The translations under genes and the position numbers were made by a program. DNA of 64,000 bases from Ostrea edulis (Eukaryota). The first letter of the stretch is position 1. The number at the start of each line of letters is the position of its first letter. The stretch covers positions 78,864,001 to 78,928,000 of the forward strand of contig NC_079168.1 of assembly GCF_947568905.1 (NCBI RefSeq). Direction: 5' to 3'. Below, piece after piece: positions 62,522-64,000 of this stretch. The notes beneath the pieces were generated by a model. It was not told where the DNA came from, did no database searches, and was given only the letters and a program-made list of their open reading frames with translations.

Positions 62522-62579
62522 CTCGTTCGTTGAAAATTTGCCGGGTCTGTCATATGGGATATCGGGGCCTGTTTATATA
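62522..62579 (-). promoter_or_regulatory. TATA box (62572-62579) and non-coding exon 1 of gene D
   Basis: Minus-strand CTATATAAAC, then donor GAG|gtaagc at 62522/62521. Confidence 0.7.
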
Positions 62580-64000
62580 GTTTCTAGGTGCCAATAAACA
62601 GATCTTGTTGTCCGGAAATCTCAACGTCGATCAATCTGTCCATTTTCACTGATTCATCAAAGCAATAACTAAACTGCAATAATGCTTATAACTTATGCCT
62701 TTTATGTATTTAATCAAACACTACGTTTCTAGATAGACCTCGACATTAATTATGCGGGGATACCTTATTAATTGGATATTATTTCTAGGTAGCATTGACA
62801 TAATTATGAGCGTGTGTGACTAGTTTATGATATTCTATGTCACAAAAATCGCATGTTTGGTATATGCTTTGTGTGTTGCATTTGTTTTCTTTATGGAATT
62901 TCACACAGCTAACAAACAGATAAGAATGACATCTCACAGTGTGCGGAGAAAAGCTTTACCTCAACAATAAAAGATAAAATGGGAAACTGAACCCCAACTC
63001 ACGGTTAAGATATTTTAAAAGTTCTTTATATGGCATCTTTGAAATTAACGTTTTGAAAAGGAGATGACGTTTGAAATCGTTACAACTTTCAGGTGGGAAT
63101 TTTTTTTAAATTCATAACTAAACCGGGTATTAAAACGCTGTCTTTGATGTATCCTTTATTCTCAAATTAGTGACACTTACTAACTTCCCAGTGCAGCGGT
63201 TGTTGTCGTCGACAACAGTTGCTTATTGCAACTTAAATTGTGTATACTACTTTTTGCATACACAATGGCAGGAGCAAGATTTTCCTCGTTTGACTACGAA
63301 ATATTTGGCAAAGTGCAAGGTAAACATTTTTCACATTCAGTCAAGTGAAGCATGTGTTTTCACTACAGTTCGAATTATCTCAAACACTCTTCAAAGTGAA
63401 TACTCAAAAGGGAACTTTGGTTTCTGTTTTACTCATTTGTTGATTCGAGATTTCTATCCAAACAATGTTTTTAAATTGATCACCATCCTGGATGAATACA
63501 AAATGATGTAGTTGCCAGGTACAAACAAAGGGACTAGTAACATATATTTTATATAGATACACTGTGGTGTTATACAGTGTTATAGGGTATTTCTGCTTCT
63601 GCTTGATAATGGCCACCATCAATAAGTTGATTATTCCGTATATCTATATCAAATGAATATATGTGGTGCAAGTCATTGGGGTGCAGCAGGTTGTAGTAAG
63701 TAGTAGGCAGTCATACCCAGGTGTTCCAAACGCAGCTGTAACTTATGCACTTCCAGTCAAACTGAGTTATTGACACGCCAAATAAATAGTAGGAGATACT
63801 GCATTACTTTGGAAAATTAATGGTGATACGGAATGGGATATTGTAAATAGCAAGATGCAGTTTGCTTGAATTTTGCCACCTGAGATTTTTGAGGGATGTA
63901 GAATTAGGAAACATTTCATTATCAATCCTAGTGTGTTTGTTTTTAGAGCCATGTCTATGAATCAAAATACTTTGTATTAACGTAATTCAATTTTACTTGT

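Overview
Eukaryotic, AT-rich, intron-containing and repeat-dense DNA, most likely from a bivalve mollusc (oyster-like). This is inferred from the repeat families and a bivalve-type C1q gene, not proven. Host genes: (1) an intact two-coding-exon secreted thaumatin-like protein (10394-11640) and a truncated duplicate (24762-25360); (2) a C1q-domain gene (49438-50349); (3) four co-oriented minus-strand genes for secreted low-complexity proteins (29002-29505, 34018-35814, 51679-54941, 60856-62214). These four share a TATA box, a tiny first exon and one large exon, an acidic-to-basic charge gradient, and an Arg-rich tail ending in Tyr (RY/GY). Two of them share a C-x-P-x-D-x-x-C motif. This cluster is the best candidate for an uncharacterised structural-secretion system (shell, periostracum or cement). 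Mobile DNA: a near-complete DIRS1 retrotransposon with ITRs and ICR (40243-45551), an Ngaro-like fragment at the left edge, a Kolobok-type transposase plus His-Me finger nuclease (KolobokP-like), a Naiad-type Penelope-like RT, LINE, Tc1 and SINE fragments, many MITEs, palindromic elements and tandem arrays. There is one 130-N assembly gap. All alignments and counts were done by eye, so boundaries of degenerate elements are approximate.
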